Assembly: GCA_964304625.1 (NCBI GenBank)
Contig: OZ199838.1
Coordinates: 481,059 to 545,058, forward strand
Reading direction: 5' to 3'
From: Kudoa neothunni
Taxonomy: Eukaryota; Animalia; Cnidaria
DNA length: 64,000 bases
Under the pieces are notes generated by a model that was not told where the DNA came from, did no database searches, and saw nothing but the letters and a program-made list of their open reading frames with translations. The translations under genes were made by a program, and so were the position numbers. Shown piece by piece: positions 10,036 to 23,904 of the stretch; the first letter of the stretch is position 1; every line of letters starts with the position of its first letter.

Positions 10036-13000
10036 TTATAGATCGTAAGAAACGTCCTCAGAATTCCTTCTGTAAACAGCTATACCTATCATTACCAAAA
10101 GTGAAACCACGATGGGTATCATTGCATATAATCTAAGAAAGCTTATCTACAACAAATATGTATATTCTATTACATGTAACTTCCAACAGACCTATCTAAT
10201 GTAAAACTCGAAAATATAAATGTAAATTACGAATAACTATTCTTTGCAGCATCGAAATTGTGGTTTTCTTTACTATCTACAATGTTTCTTTTTTATCAGA
10301 TCATTAAATTAAAATAATGTTACTAAATATAATTTTATAAATATGACATGAACAATTGTTTTTACCCTTTCTCAACCTTTTCTATTACTTTCTGAACGAT
10401 ATCATCTACTACAATGTTGGCATACTCACTCCTTATATTTTCTCCTCCTATAAATTTTTAATTCGATACATTGTTTTAGTGAATTCACTAAATAAATTAT
10501 TTTATTTATATGGTAAATAATTAGAATTCTATCACCCTTTCATTTTATTAATTCTTGAGTCTTCGCAAAATATATTATGAAACAATAAGGATTATTGAAT
10601 AGTTTAAACAAAATATGTTTACATTGAATAATATATTTTTTATAGAGTGAGTAATCCTTTGCTTTTAATTTCAATATGTAATCTTTTCCTTTCGACAAGT
10701 TATTGATGTTAATGATACACTTATTGGCAGAGCATTCTTCATCATCATTGCACCATGTAACAATTTTCCCTTCCTGATTGTCTCCTATTTTTTCCTGAAT
10801 CATAAATGGACATTTTGAATTGTTATCTTTTCCTTCGAAACGCACATCAATTGTCAAGTCACTTTCTCCATACAACGAATGCTTAATTGAAATAGTACCA
10901 TTTACTATAAAAAATAATTAAACATAAGCTTATTGATTTTGAGTACTGGTTTGAATAGAATACTCCTTTTGTTGTTTTCCATCGGATGGTTCGACGGTCA
11001 CTTTGTAAGTAGCTCCTAATTCTAGGTTGACTATTCTGAACTCAGCATCACATTTGTTCTCGCATGCTCCTATTTCGTCACACGTAGCCATATATTTTGG
11101 ATCTGAGACTCCACTTTTTTTAACATAAATTCTGCAGACCGGCAAAAGATTTTCAGATTCAAATGGTGTTATTGTAGCAGTGGAATTCTTTATGTTTTGT
11201 TTTGAAACCTTGGCGGCTACAGTTCCTCCCTCAGCTAAATGTATTGTTAAACTTTAATGTTTTAAATATGCTATTACTTGTTCGGAATGTTGTTTTCTTA
11301 ATATAATCAGTAATTCCAATGTTAGTTATGGCGACAGAAACTACATAATTTGTATCGGCCTGAAGGTTATTAATAGTGTATGACCCTTCACAGCCAGCAC
11401 TACATTCACCATTTTCCTTACATTCAGCTTTTTTTTCAGTCGAAAAAGTATTTGCTCGGCGTATTTTAATTGCACATTCAGAAGTATTGCCATCAATCTT
11501 CATACGCTTATAGACGTCAAGTCCGATAAGAGTGACTTCCATATCCTTAATGTTGCTTATATTTATGCCATTGTCATTTCCTATAAGATATTATTTTTGA
11601 AGTTGAATCCAATACTACTTTTAAAGTATTGTTTGAATCCAGCGGTATCAAACCTTCGTTTTACAACTATTCCAAATTTATCACCTTCCTCCGTCAAGCT
11701 AATGATATTATCTTGACAAAGCTGAAAGCACTCTTTTTTCTCTCCAGTGCATCCATTCAGAATATTAGGTTCTTGATCTACGTCTGTTTCACTTACCTTA
11801 AATACTTTGATGTGACAAATCTCGTCATTATATGGGCCAGGAGAGAATTTTATTTTGAGTTTTCTATTGTTATTAGCATCGCTTGAAACGGAATAAATGA
11901 TCTGAGATTTAAGAGGAATTTCAGATTTCAAATAGGTATTATTCATGTAATAGAATATTCCAGGCCATAACAGCGTTGAACTGATATTATAATAACTTAT
12001 GTATCTATCAATTGAAAGAGCGGCAGATTTATCTTGTGGAGTCTCAGAATTGGCTCCCATTTTCAAGCTGGTCTTTACTGTGTCACTATATGGATCATCC
12101 TTCCCATCGTATTGTACATTCCAATCAGTTATTGAGTTTGATAAGTAAGAGACATTAACATTGCTGTCAGTATAAGATATTTTATAAGTGTTATCTTGTT
12201 TGAAGTCTATAAATGTTATTTACTCTTTAAGTAAAATATATTTTTTAAATACTCATTATTATCGAGAAAATTTGAACTTTTTTACACTTTTTGGCTTCTT
12301 TTTTGTCTGCGTCATAACAAACTGATATATATCGATCAACTTTTGAATTAATATATCCGATGTTAAGATCACTTCTGGTGCAGTCCACTAAACAATCATC
12401 TATATCTACGTCTTCGCAAAGTTGTGGTTTATTAAATTCAGTCCCAGCGAAATTAACTATTTTTATTACACAGTTATTATTATTAGGAAAATTATAAAGT
12501 TTAATTGAAAATTTGTCAATTCCTTTATCCGAAGATGACATATACTTCATTTCAAGTTTTCCACTTCGAGTAAAAGCTATCAATGTATGTCAATTTTAAC
12601 TTCTGTGTAAATGTTACCTGGTATCGATAGCTTTGTTGGCGATGATTTTTTGTCTGCATAAATCATCAACCTGTAGTTATACTTATTATCGTATATATTG
12701 TCAAATTCAATTTTGTTGCATTTTTTAATATCAGCACCTGTATTACAATCAATGCAAGACTTTATTATTCTCGTGGGTGAAGCTATTTGAAGATAATAAA
12801 AATAATATGACGTTACTACCTTCATCTGTTTCGTGTCTATATAACTGATAGTAGCATTTTGTATTGCTTGCTTCTTTGAATGATTGTTTTATTTGTATTA
12901 TGAGCTTGTTCTTCTTGGACTGATTCGAAACTTCAAATTCAATTTGTTCATCACCTATTGATTAATTACTCATTTATTTATTTATTCATTCATTCATTCA

Positions 13001-16000
13001 TTCAATATATAAGTAATGACCGTTGCTTGTTTTTTTGTTTCCAAAAGTTTTTGAGTCATAATTTCCACTAGGAACAAATTTCAGTTCATAAGTGGTATCG
13101 GAGTTAAGTCCAATAATGATGAATTTTGAGTTGCAGGGTTTTATACACAACTCCTTCTCTGCACAAGTAGCAGGATAATATAATTTATTACTCTCTTTTA
13201 CGTAAATGGTACATATCGTCCCTAGAGCTGCTGAATTTGCGGAAATTGTGAATCCATTTGCATTAGGAGAGATTGAAGACTCTTGAATGGAAACTTGGTT
13301 GCGTTGAGCTGAATATACATTTTAAAAAAATTTAATTTCTATTAAATACTTATTTTATGGAAAAAATATTTTCTTGGTGAGTAATTAGGTATACCCGTTA
13401 TGATTACCATAACATCATAATGTAAATAAGTTGGGACAGGAGTAATTTGAACCTTCCCAAAGCTACAAGCAGGCGATGGATCTGTAACATCTTTCCTCCC
13501 AGTTTCAATAACTAATGGAGCGTATGCGTTCCATAACTTTATCGAGCATCCAACATTTAGACCAGTAAGGTCCTCGCCATCTTCGTTTTTATCTTTCCCA
13601 CTAATGTCGATTAGAATCTTTGTATCTGCTGTTGTCACAGAAACATCATTTCCATGTTTCACTAAAAAATTTTATCTTATTTATTAAATATATCTAAAGC
13701 ATACGTATGTGTATATTATTTTGATAACCGATAGTTGGTTTCATTCCTAGTTTTAAAACCCTTATTTTAACCGCCTTTACATTTGTATGCACATTTACGA
13801 ATTTATAACTGATGCACAAACTAAAAAAACAATTTCCTTTATTATCACATTCATTCGAAAAAAAACTGTTTGAGTTTGATGCTGTGGCATCTATCCATTC
13901 GAATGTGCACATTTCAGATGCTTCTGAATTAACTAGTTTAACTGTGAATGCATTGGTTTGTCCATTATTTTTTAGTTCGTAATAAAATCTGCTAAAAACA
14001 GGTGTGTGATTTGCAACAAACGTATTGTCGTAGAAATAATGAAAGTCAAAATATTCTGGACAGCTTATATAATAATCTTTTACTAGCTCGTCGAATTGAA
14101 TCGAGTAACTTTCAAATTCACCTTGGGAGGTTGAGGACTTTGTTCCCGTCACAGATCCCTGTAATTTGGCATCCTTATATGCTTTGCATAACAATGAGCA
14201 TTTATTCAAACCTAATTTTATTTTGTCGCCTCCTAATTCTGCTTTGTGAGTAAGTTCTTTGAAATGATCTTAAGAAATGATTAAATTAATATAGGAATTA
14301 TATAATACCTATATAGTACGAATAGACTTTTCCTACTTTAATGTCGACTTTTTTCGGGTTTTCTTGAGATTTTAATTGTGTATCTGATAAAGGTGCTCCA
14401 TTATGATCATTTTTTCCCCCTTTGCCGCTGCCTTTTGCCGTCGATGGACTTGCGTTCATTGCAAGCGATTTTGAAATTACTTCTTTGTTAATACCAGATT
14501 TTTCCATAGGTGTTATAGGGATAGTTTTGGTGTCTGGATAAGTGACAGAAATATAATATAATCCATTCTGACTACCAGAATCAATTTCGAACGCTTTTGA
14601 AAGGTCATTACATTGTTTTGGCGTTAATCCCCTAATTCCATCGTTCGTATAACTCATCAGATTATCGCTAGATTTTTTGACTGTGCATATTTTATCGCTC
14701 TTACTAATTAGTTCATCCTCTTTGAATTTTACCTTGTAACTATGTGCAGATTTATCGTAATAAAGCACCATTTTCTGATCACCTTCATCAATACCACCTA
14801 TAAATATTAAGTTAATATTTCTATAAAAGAGTATTTACATTCTATGTTTTTTTCTATTGGTTTAGAATGGTTTACATTTATAACAACTAGTTTATATGTA
14901 ACTTCACAATTGAGAGAATTCCATGAGAAATCTATCGTGTAAGATCCACTCGTTACCGTTACAGCTGGATTACATAAGCTATTCAAACAATCCTTGGTAA
15001 TTTTTTTAGATTCTTGTTCCAGTAAGATGTATGTCCAAGAATTTTCTAATATTTGACCTGAAGCAGCGACAAATTTAAGCGTTGTTGTCTTTCCCTTATC
15101 ATTTTCTGAGGTTTCTATTGTTATTTCATTCCCAGTAGCTATTTAAATTCATTATTATTATAAAAATAAAAACAAATTACTTAATATTTCATTGCTTTTA
15201 ACGCAGTTATATCCTTTTGGGCAAACAGTTATTTTGTAGTTCGTTTTAGGATCAAGGTTTATTATATTAAAATTGCCATTACAAGCATCAGAACAAAATT
15301 TTTTGCCTTCACAGGTAGCAGGATACATCGGTGAATAATTTCCAGTAGATGAATAATAGAGATCACATTTTGCCTGATTAACTCTTTCATCGGAAAATGA
15401 ACTAGATGGACTTAGAGTTAGTGCATTATGTTGACCAGAAAATGTTAGCGTTAGTTCACCAGTTTTTATTATTTCTTCTCCTATATAAACTTAGAAATAT
15501 AGAGTTAATATTTAGCGTTACCTTTAGTTTTGAAATAGAAATAACGATGGTAATAATTAACTTCAGGAGAATCTAATGTTGTAAGTCCTTTTATTTTAAC
15601 TTTTAAAATATATTCTGTTAGTGGCAGTAGAGAGCTCAAACTGATTGTTTTGAATCCATTACACCCTCCATTACATGTTGGATCGTTCCAATTGTCTTTA
15701 ATTCCCAGATTTTTCTCTATTATTTTAACTTCTAAAATATCTACTCCATCTACCACAGCGACATCCCCGATTTCATTTTTATTTGAATTAGTTAAATCTA
15801 CCGTTACACCATCCGTTCCAGTGATAGTAATAGTGGGTTGCCTGCCGACTATAGAATCGATAAGAAACATCTGATAAATTACAATTTACATGTGATTATT
15901 TGAATAAACTCTTTTGATGTTATCTTATCAAGGGGTTTAACGAGTACTTGGGCGAACTTTAAATCTTTCTCATGATATAAGGTCGCTTTGTAGCAAGGCT

Positions 16001-16934
16001 GAAGACAGGGTCCAGCTCTATTCATTCCTGAGCAATTAGAAGAAAAATGGGAGTCATTAATATTTTTAATTCCAAAGTAACAAATTTGTGAAGGTTTCGG
16101 ATTTTGGAGTGTAATTGTATAATAATAATTAATGCCGTTGTCTTTTGACCCAGTTGCAATAAACCAATCCTCATCAAGGTTTTTTGGACTCAATAAAATT
16201 TCTGATGACACATTGTCGACTTCAACCACATACGTAGGTTGATATGATTTAGAAGGTAATGTAATTGATTTTTCTGTATAAAAATCAGTCGATGATGGTT
16301 GACTATGTTGTGAAGCAGAAACTCCTTTGACAGCCAACTCTCTGCTTTCTTTCCTTTGAACAGAAAGAGTGAATGTATTATTTTTTATGGTTGCTGTCTG
16401 CAAACTCTTTATGTAAAGATCTGTTCGATTATATTAAAATATTATCAAATAAATTAATATACCTTTTATAGAAAAAACTTTATTGATGGGGCATTTTTTT
16501 ACAACAGTATCATCCTTACCTTGGCACCATTTTATATATTTAATGGATTTAAACTCTTGACCACTGAGATTTAATTCAACTTTTTTACATTTGTAAATAC
16601 ACATTTTTAAATTTGGATCCAATTTTGTATCACTTATGCCTGTATTACACTTGGAAGAGAAGTCGATTGTTTCCTTAGTTTTTCCATAATATACGAGTGC
16701 ACAATGTTTGAAGCTATTCTCAATATCATATCCAGAAACTGAAATAATATATTTCTCTTTATTATGTGAAAAATTAACTTTCATTATATTATTATCAATA
16801 TTATCAGAGATCACATTTTTTGTACATAACACTAATAACGATTAATATATATGATCTCAAAGAAAATTACGTGTGAAAATGACGAGATATATTGTAGAAG
16901 CATATCGTTGTCTCAAAGACAATCTTATCATCAT
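10036..16934 (-). CDS. FN3/Cys-repeat type-I membrane protein, paralogue 2
   Basis: Colinear exon-by-exon homology with paralogue 1. Starts MMIRLSLRQRYASTIYLVIFTLLCTKNVIS and ends RRNSEDVSYDL*. The exons I translated were open. Confidence 0.85.
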
Positions 16935-17324
16935 TATCTTACTATTTGTGAATTAACAAAAAATAATTTGTTTAAATTTGTGTCGATATGAATGGAGGAA
17001 TTCAGCTTTCTAATTTTTCATACGTCCAATTCAATTATAAAATAACCAGCTTCGATCTTACGAAAAGATAATAACTATTCAAATGTGACAAAATTTTATA
17101 TGAATAGACAATCATCCTTTCGATTATTATTGATTATTTCGGATGCCCCAACCATCACGTTTATCATTCATCTAAACGATTTTTGTAATATACATGAGAT
17201 ATTATTTTAATATTATAAAACGTACATAATTTATAAAAATCCCATGTGACTGATTTACGATTAGTCAATAAGCATAAAAAAAATAATTTTGTAAACTGCA
17301 TAATTGATAAATTTTAGGCCGAAG

Positions 17325-17460
17325 TTATTTACATGGTAAATTTAAAACCCAAATATCATGTAAATGTGCACTACGAAAATTTTAATTCCGCCCGCTCTTG
17401 CTCGCAAGTCATATACAGATTTAATTAAATATAGTCTAAACTAGTGACATCTGAATAGTA
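17325..17460. repeat. Dispersed repeat in the upstream region of paralogues 2 and 3, also at ~60945-61115
   Basis: tatttacatggtaaattt..cc.aaa..tca.g..ctc.caag....atatagatttaatta..agtgaca..tgaa is shared by 17325-17460, 26450-26590 (rc) and 60945-61115. Confidence 0.55.
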
Positions 17461-18253
17461 TTTACCATGCCAATAGCAACTTCCTTTATTTTGGGATAAT
17501 CGCTAATTGTATTTTTAGGTATTACAATGTAAGAAAAATTAGTCAATGTTAAATTAGAATTACACTTTACTATTCAATAATGCCTAGTTTTTAAAAAATA
17601 TAAAATATTCGTATTTTCTAAAAACTTATTTTAATGTAAAAATATTTACTTGGTTTTATAAATTATTATATAATATTTTTGGTTGAAATAAAGAAATTGT
17701 GTAACCATTTGCCTAAAAAATTAGGCGACCATTATTATTTGGCGTTATTTTGAAAAAATGATTAATTTATATTAAATAATTATTGTAAAAAAATATCACA
17801 ATTAAATATTTTTTATATACGTTAAACAAAAATATATGTAACTCCTGAATTTTAGAATAAAATAAAATTGAATACCAAAAGTTTGACGTTTACGAACACT
17901 TGTCATCTGTTTCATTTTAAAAATACATTTTTCATAAGGAACAAGTATACATAATTTTATAAAATTATCGTGATAATTCAAAATAAATTTAATTTTATAT
18001 ACTTATGTAAAATTAATAATATATTACTTGCTATGATGACGATATTTATGAATTATTATACCTCACAAATAAATAATAATTTATTATATATTTAATTTAT
18101 TTTAATTCCATTAAAATTTATTAATGAAAAGATTAACTTCGAATATGGAAGTTTAGAGAATTAGGTTTACTCCTTTATTTCAATGAATCTAATTATTTTA
18201 CAACATTATTATTACTCATTACCTTTAAATATCGAAGGGAATAATAAATTCAT

Positions 18254-19870
18254 GGCAGTGGCTATTCTCATGGAAACGAATAACTCCACCGTTATAGGCG
18301 ATATGTCAAATCTGACTTCATATTTGAATTGAGCTATTTTTAATCTAATTTTTATGTAATAATTGTTTGAAATTTAAAGAATAAAACTTCAACACTTTGC
18401 CTGCCCTATTTACACTGTTCATTAGTGGTACACTCACGTTTTTTAGTCTAATATTAGGTAACATAAACATTATAATTGAAATGAAACGTAAACATATCTA
18501 ATCATGGTTAGAAACCTTTAGTTTAATACGTTTTCAACGCACGCAGTTAACTTAGAATAAGTCATCTCCAATCATTTACGAAACGTGTATGTTTCTATCT
18601 AAACATTTTTTAATATAAATTTAACAAAATTGTCGGCAATTAATGGATATTAATTGGATTCAAACCATTTTACACCGATGTAAACCACTTTTCATATGTA
18701 TCTGTAAGATTGTACCATAATTTCGGTGAATTTTCGTTGTTTTATCCCTACAAATGTATTTACTTTAATCAGAAGTACGAGAAAGATTTTCATGGTGCCT
18801 ATTCGTGAATACAGAACTTATAAATACAGGAACCTATGAGTTTAAATTTAAGAGTAAACCTATACTTGTTGATTTAAACTCAATTATCAATTTTTAACAA
18901 GCAGGGTGATTCTGAATTTTCTGCACTAATTCCTCTGGTATCGTTTCAAGGGGTAGATTTATAAAATGAAAATTGTTGAATGGTGATTTTTAGGGTACGT
19001 TGGTTTGGCTATTGTAAAGCGAGCCAACGAAGAAATGTAGTAAGTATTTATAATAAACAATGTTGGAGTTAAAATAACGGTTAATTCGTCCTTGAGCGTT
19101 TTGAATTGTTATGAATAGTTTCATTTTAATATTTTTAACATTTGTTTCCTGATACTGAGAGATGTGTAATTTTAATAGTTCAGAAAAATCAATTTTCACT
19201 CCAATGAAGAATTGATCAACTTATCCACCCGCCATGGTTGTTTAGTTGTACGCCCAAAAAATTTATCCAAAATAACCACATTTGAAATTTTAACAGTACA
19301 ATAATATTTTTTAATAAAAGGTATAAGTTTGAGAAAATCAATTTAAAAGTGATTCATAGGAAGCAATAATGACACCAATTTTCAGACTTATTCCACGCAA
19401 TTGGTGTTTTATATCTTACAAAAGCTTAAATTTCTCTTCTACAATTTAATGTAATATATAAACTAGTTCTACAGATTTTAGTTATTTCTAAGTTTTTTTA
19501 AATTTAGAAATAGTCCCACGAAATAGAACGTCCCACAACCAAATAGGATTCACGCGCATATTCAGACATGGTGGGTGACAGTGACACAAGAATGCACGAA
19601 CAGAACGGTTTCCAATTATTAGAATATGTTTTTACATTTTATTTTAATTATAATGTTTATATTACATAATATTAGACTCAAAAACGTGAGTGTACTACTA
19701 GGGAACAGTGTAAATAGGGCAGGCAAAGTGTGGAATTTTTATCCTTCAAATTTCAAACAACTTTTACACAAAAAATTAGAATAAAAATGGCTCAATTCAT
19801 ATATGAAGTCAGATTTGAAATATCGCCTATAACGGCGGAGTTATTCGTTTCCATGGGAATAGCCACTGTC
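18254..19870. mobile_element. Non-autonomous Mutator-like (MULE) element with ~200-bp TIRs
   Basis: TIRs ggcagtggctattctcatggaaacgaataactcc.. (18254-~18455) and ..ggagttattcgtttccatgggaatagccactgtc (~19670-19870). 9-bp TSD taaattcat/taaattcaa. The empty site, with one taaattcaa, is in the paralogous arm at ~25657-25665 (rc). Confidence 0.85.
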
Positions 19871-20152
19871 TAAATTCAACGCTTATATTTTTAAACTTAT
19901 TCACACATATTTAGGGATAACAATATAGAATGGCAATTCATTCAATAAAAAAGCACAAGTGAGCACATAACATAAGATAAATAATTTAAAATTAAAATGT
20001 TTAATTTCTATAAAAATATTATTCAATAATTATATTTGTGACCCCATAGTCGATTAATAGCATTCTTCTTGAAGGTATTAAATTGAATTTTTAACTAACA
20101 CTCCTCTTCTTCTTCCATGAATTTTTTAGTGGACCTCAGCAAGCATCTATTT

Positions 20153-23100
20153 CAGTGGTTCTCTACAAATTTTTCTCTCGCACCCCCAGGCAACCGCCGA
20201 AATTATGTCCGCACCCAACATTAATTCACGGTATCAAGGATTAAAAAAACCAGTTCTCTAATACGACCTTAATTTATACATTTATATTTAAAGTATTAAT
20301 TATTCTTAGGATTAATTGAATTTTATAAAAATTAAAATTGAAACAATCGTTTGAGAATTCGATTGATTAATTTTTCATACGTAAACTTAAAAATACTAAA
20401 AAATATTTTGAATTATAAAAAAAATAGTTAATTTTATCTTTTAAAAAGTTTATTTTGAAAATAAATTAAACCTATTGATTTTAAATCATTTACGTACAAG
20501 ATTCAAAATATGAATTAAATGGACACGCACGAAAATCAATAAATCCATTGAATAAACATTTTAGAAACAACAAAAAGGATCAAATATTCTTTAATTATCT
20601 ACTTTCGTTTTCTATGCGACCGTTAAGTAACAGTTAAATCGTGGTTCTTTGTTAGTTAATGAGATTTGCAAATCATTCTCGGGATTTAACAAATTTCTAT
20701 ATTGGTTTTTTATATGCAACGAAAATGAAAAACCTGACTCACACAACCGAATAGTGGAAAATGGAACCAGAATATTCAACGCTCGTTTTGCAAGGGATGG
20801 GTAAGCAGTGTGAGCATGACGCCATAATTTTTCAAGTGTATTTATGTCATATACGAGTGTCATCACTTGACATTTTTGCAAATCAATTAGCTCTTCTATA
20901 TCGTGATCGTCATTAAGTATATATTTCAAATTTAAATGAGAATGAGTTGATGATCCAAATGTCAGTTTCGTACAAATTTCTTGCCGAAAAATACCCATCG
21001 AATAAGAGAATCAACGTTTTAACCCATTAATTGATATTGTTCACTTTCCATCACCTTAGTAAAATTATGTTTTTTCTATAAGTAATTATTATCTGGAAGT
21101 TTTGCTCTTAATTGTTTATTATATTGCAAAATAATATCATTATATAAATTTTGGCTTAATTTAAAAAATAGAACCCTGAATGGGTTAAGATGGTGAACAA
21201 CGTCAGCCATTACATTTTTTCTAAATTTTTGATTATTTTCAACCTGAAAAACTTTTTCAAGAGATGAAAAGTTTTCGAAACTTTCAACTTGTATTCTTGA
21301 GCTCCACAGAAGTAATTTCTTACGAAAAGCACGCAGTTTTTTGGAGGTTCTCACAATATTCATTTCGTTCTCTTGAATTAAATAATTCAAATCGTTAATA
21401 TATAAAAATATATCTTTCAAGTAGGCCAGTATTTTTAAAAAGTTCGGCTCCTCATAAGCATCAACCAGCTCTGATTTTGATTTGCTAAAAAATTCTTTGA
21501 TTTTGTTTCTAGGGCTAAAAAATCTTTCCAAGACTTTAACTCGAGAAAGTCATCTAACTTCGGTATGAAATAATAAAACTGAAGAATCGGCGTCAAATTC
21601 ACTTCAAAAAGCCTTGAACAAGCGATGATATAAAGCTCTTCTAGGAGCAAAGTTAACGATTTTCACACATACATCCACACTTTTCTTAAAATTATCCGGT
21701 AAAGTCTTAGACTTCAACGCTTGACGATGAAGGGAACAGTGTGTAATCAAAATATCGAGTACTTAATTTCTGATCAATGAAACAAATCCAGATCTATTAC
21801 CTAGCATGACTGGAGTTCCGTCAATACAAACAGACCCCATTCGATTAAAAGAGATGCACATATTATTGAAAAAATATTTCTTTGTATTAAATATGTATTT
21901 CACGCTTGTTGTGGATTCAAGAGTTTTACAGAAAAGAAACTCTTCCTCCATTGGGTTTTCCTTTATGTAGCAAACAAAGCAGATAATTTGACTACAGTTT
22001 TCAACGCCCGTGGATTCATCCAACTGTATTGAAATCTTTAAAGGTGATGATTTGATATCCAAAATTATTTGATTAAGAATATTCTCTCCAAGCGCACCGA
22101 TTCTATTTCAAACAACATTATTCGACATAAGAACCCATTTAAGTTTATTTGCAGTCTCATCATCAAATGCAATTCGTGCTGATTCAATAATTCAAGGTTT
22201 TCTAAGATTCTCTGTGACTGTGATTTTTTTTACTAGTTCAAAAGCAATTTTTAAGGATGCCATAAGCAAGGGTTTATCCAAAGAAACAAATTCTAATTTT
22301 TGACGTGTATCCTTCATATCGTAGCGAATCCTTTTATTTTTCAATGAATAAAAATCATTTCCTATCTGTAAACTTCCACCGTGTTTAACTCGTAAATGCT
22401 ATTCAGGTTTTGATGGTTTCAGATTTGAGTTGGAAAATGTTGGACTACAAAGCACACGACGTGGTCGATCAATCCCATCAATAACAATTTTAGTGAAACC
22501 ATAGCGATTTTTTTCCTCCTTCTATTTTCTAATCTTTTGCTGATCAACTATAATTAAAATGTAATGAATATTAAGAGAGAGATTAGGGAAGCAGAATCCA
22601 GATTTATCCTGTTTATGATTATTGCATCCACAAAACAATATCAGTATAAATTTTTTATGCTTAAAACATAAAAAATGGATGTATCAATATTTTATTTATT
22701 TAAAAATCAAATCTAAATTGTTAGGTTTTTAAGCGAGGAAAATAAATCGTTGAAAATTAACAAATCCAGACCAATACCTGAGTCCAAAACGTGATTAATA
22801 AATGTTAATAGTATGTGGGCGACAATGAAAATACGTAGAATTATTATAATAGAAATCATGCTAACCATAAATATTCAATACAAATTCAAAAAACTTATTG
22901 TAATAATGAATGCAATGGAGCTCATTATCTATATAATAAATTTTATACTATCTATAATTTTTTATGATCCAAATTTTTATTTAAAACTGAAATGATTTCG
23001 TGAAATGTGCCACAAAGTGGTAGATGCACACGGTTCTGATAAATAATTTTTTTAATATATATCATTTATAAATAATTTTTCAACAGTATTTGTTATACCT

Positions 23101-23535
23101 TTTTTTAGTATAATGAAAAAAACGGAAGCATTATTAATAATATATAAATGATAACTCTCGAATGTTAGAAATAAGAAAGCCAAACACATTAACACTCACC
23201 TCTTAATAAATATTAAATATATGTCGGCGGAATATTTTATTAAAATGTATTAAATAGAATTATCCACTGTTGATCTAGCAACCACTATCATTAGGTAAGA
23301 TTCGATACTAGAATATATTGGCCAAAGTTCATTTTTAGTATCGATACATCTAATATTATTTGTTTCTTACTGTGTCGTCGCATAATTAACAACCAATTAT
23401 CTTAACAATTAAACGGTAATAACTTTGTATGTTTAACAAATTATTGGACCAAAACTTCACCATCATGAAACTTGCAAAAAGATTATTTCTACATTCATTT
23501 TTTAATGATTTTCGCACCCCCGTAGGGAACCAGTG
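20153..23535 (-). mobile_element. Decayed hAT (Buster/Charlie, ZBED5/SCAND3-like) DNA transposon
   Basis: TIRs cagtggttctctac / gtagggaaccagtg. Minus-strand transposase fragments ISIQLDEST..EEFLFCK..VCIDGTPVMLG, LAYLKDIF..NDLN and YPSLAKRALNILVPFSTIRLCESGFS (dimerisation domain) carry stops and frameshifts. TSD not intact. Confidence 0.9.
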
Positions 23536-23809
23536 ATTTTAAAGGAATCCTTAAACCATCAAAGGGACATACAGAAAATAATTTAGCTTTCTATGAATTA
23601 TGAACAAAATACGTCTTTTGAGGTCGTTGAGTGTCCCACCTCGGATAGGCATGGTTAAAAACTTATTCCTAAAAATAATTAGAGCATTTCTGCCTATTTG
23701 TAATTGAGTTTAATACCCCGAGTAATATAATTTCTTCGAAATTTTTATATCCTTCACAAATCCCATTATGCAAAAATTTCCATTATCCAATTTTATTGTT
23801 ATTAAATTT

Positions 23810-23830
23810 CCGCCCGGTTGAGAACCCCTA
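23810..23830. mobile_element. Solo hAT-type terminal inverted repeat
   Basis: cggttgagaaccccta followed by tattagat (NNNTANNN, Buster-type target). Confidence 0.4.
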
Positions 23831-23904
23831 TATTAGATAATTAAAACTAATTATTGAGAAAATTGGATAAACTATAACTTTAGATGCATCGCATATAATA
23901 ATGA

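Larger units (their letters stand above)
5180..11850. repeat. Near-identical inverted repeat arms (~5180-7075 vs ~9955-11850) covering the 3' ends of paralogues 1 and 2
   Basis: The ORF-track peptides MYGESDLT.. and ..SECAIK.. are almost identical between the copies, and introns and 3' UTR also match as reverse complements. Weaker homology continues to ~7470 / ~9545. Confidence 0.9.
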
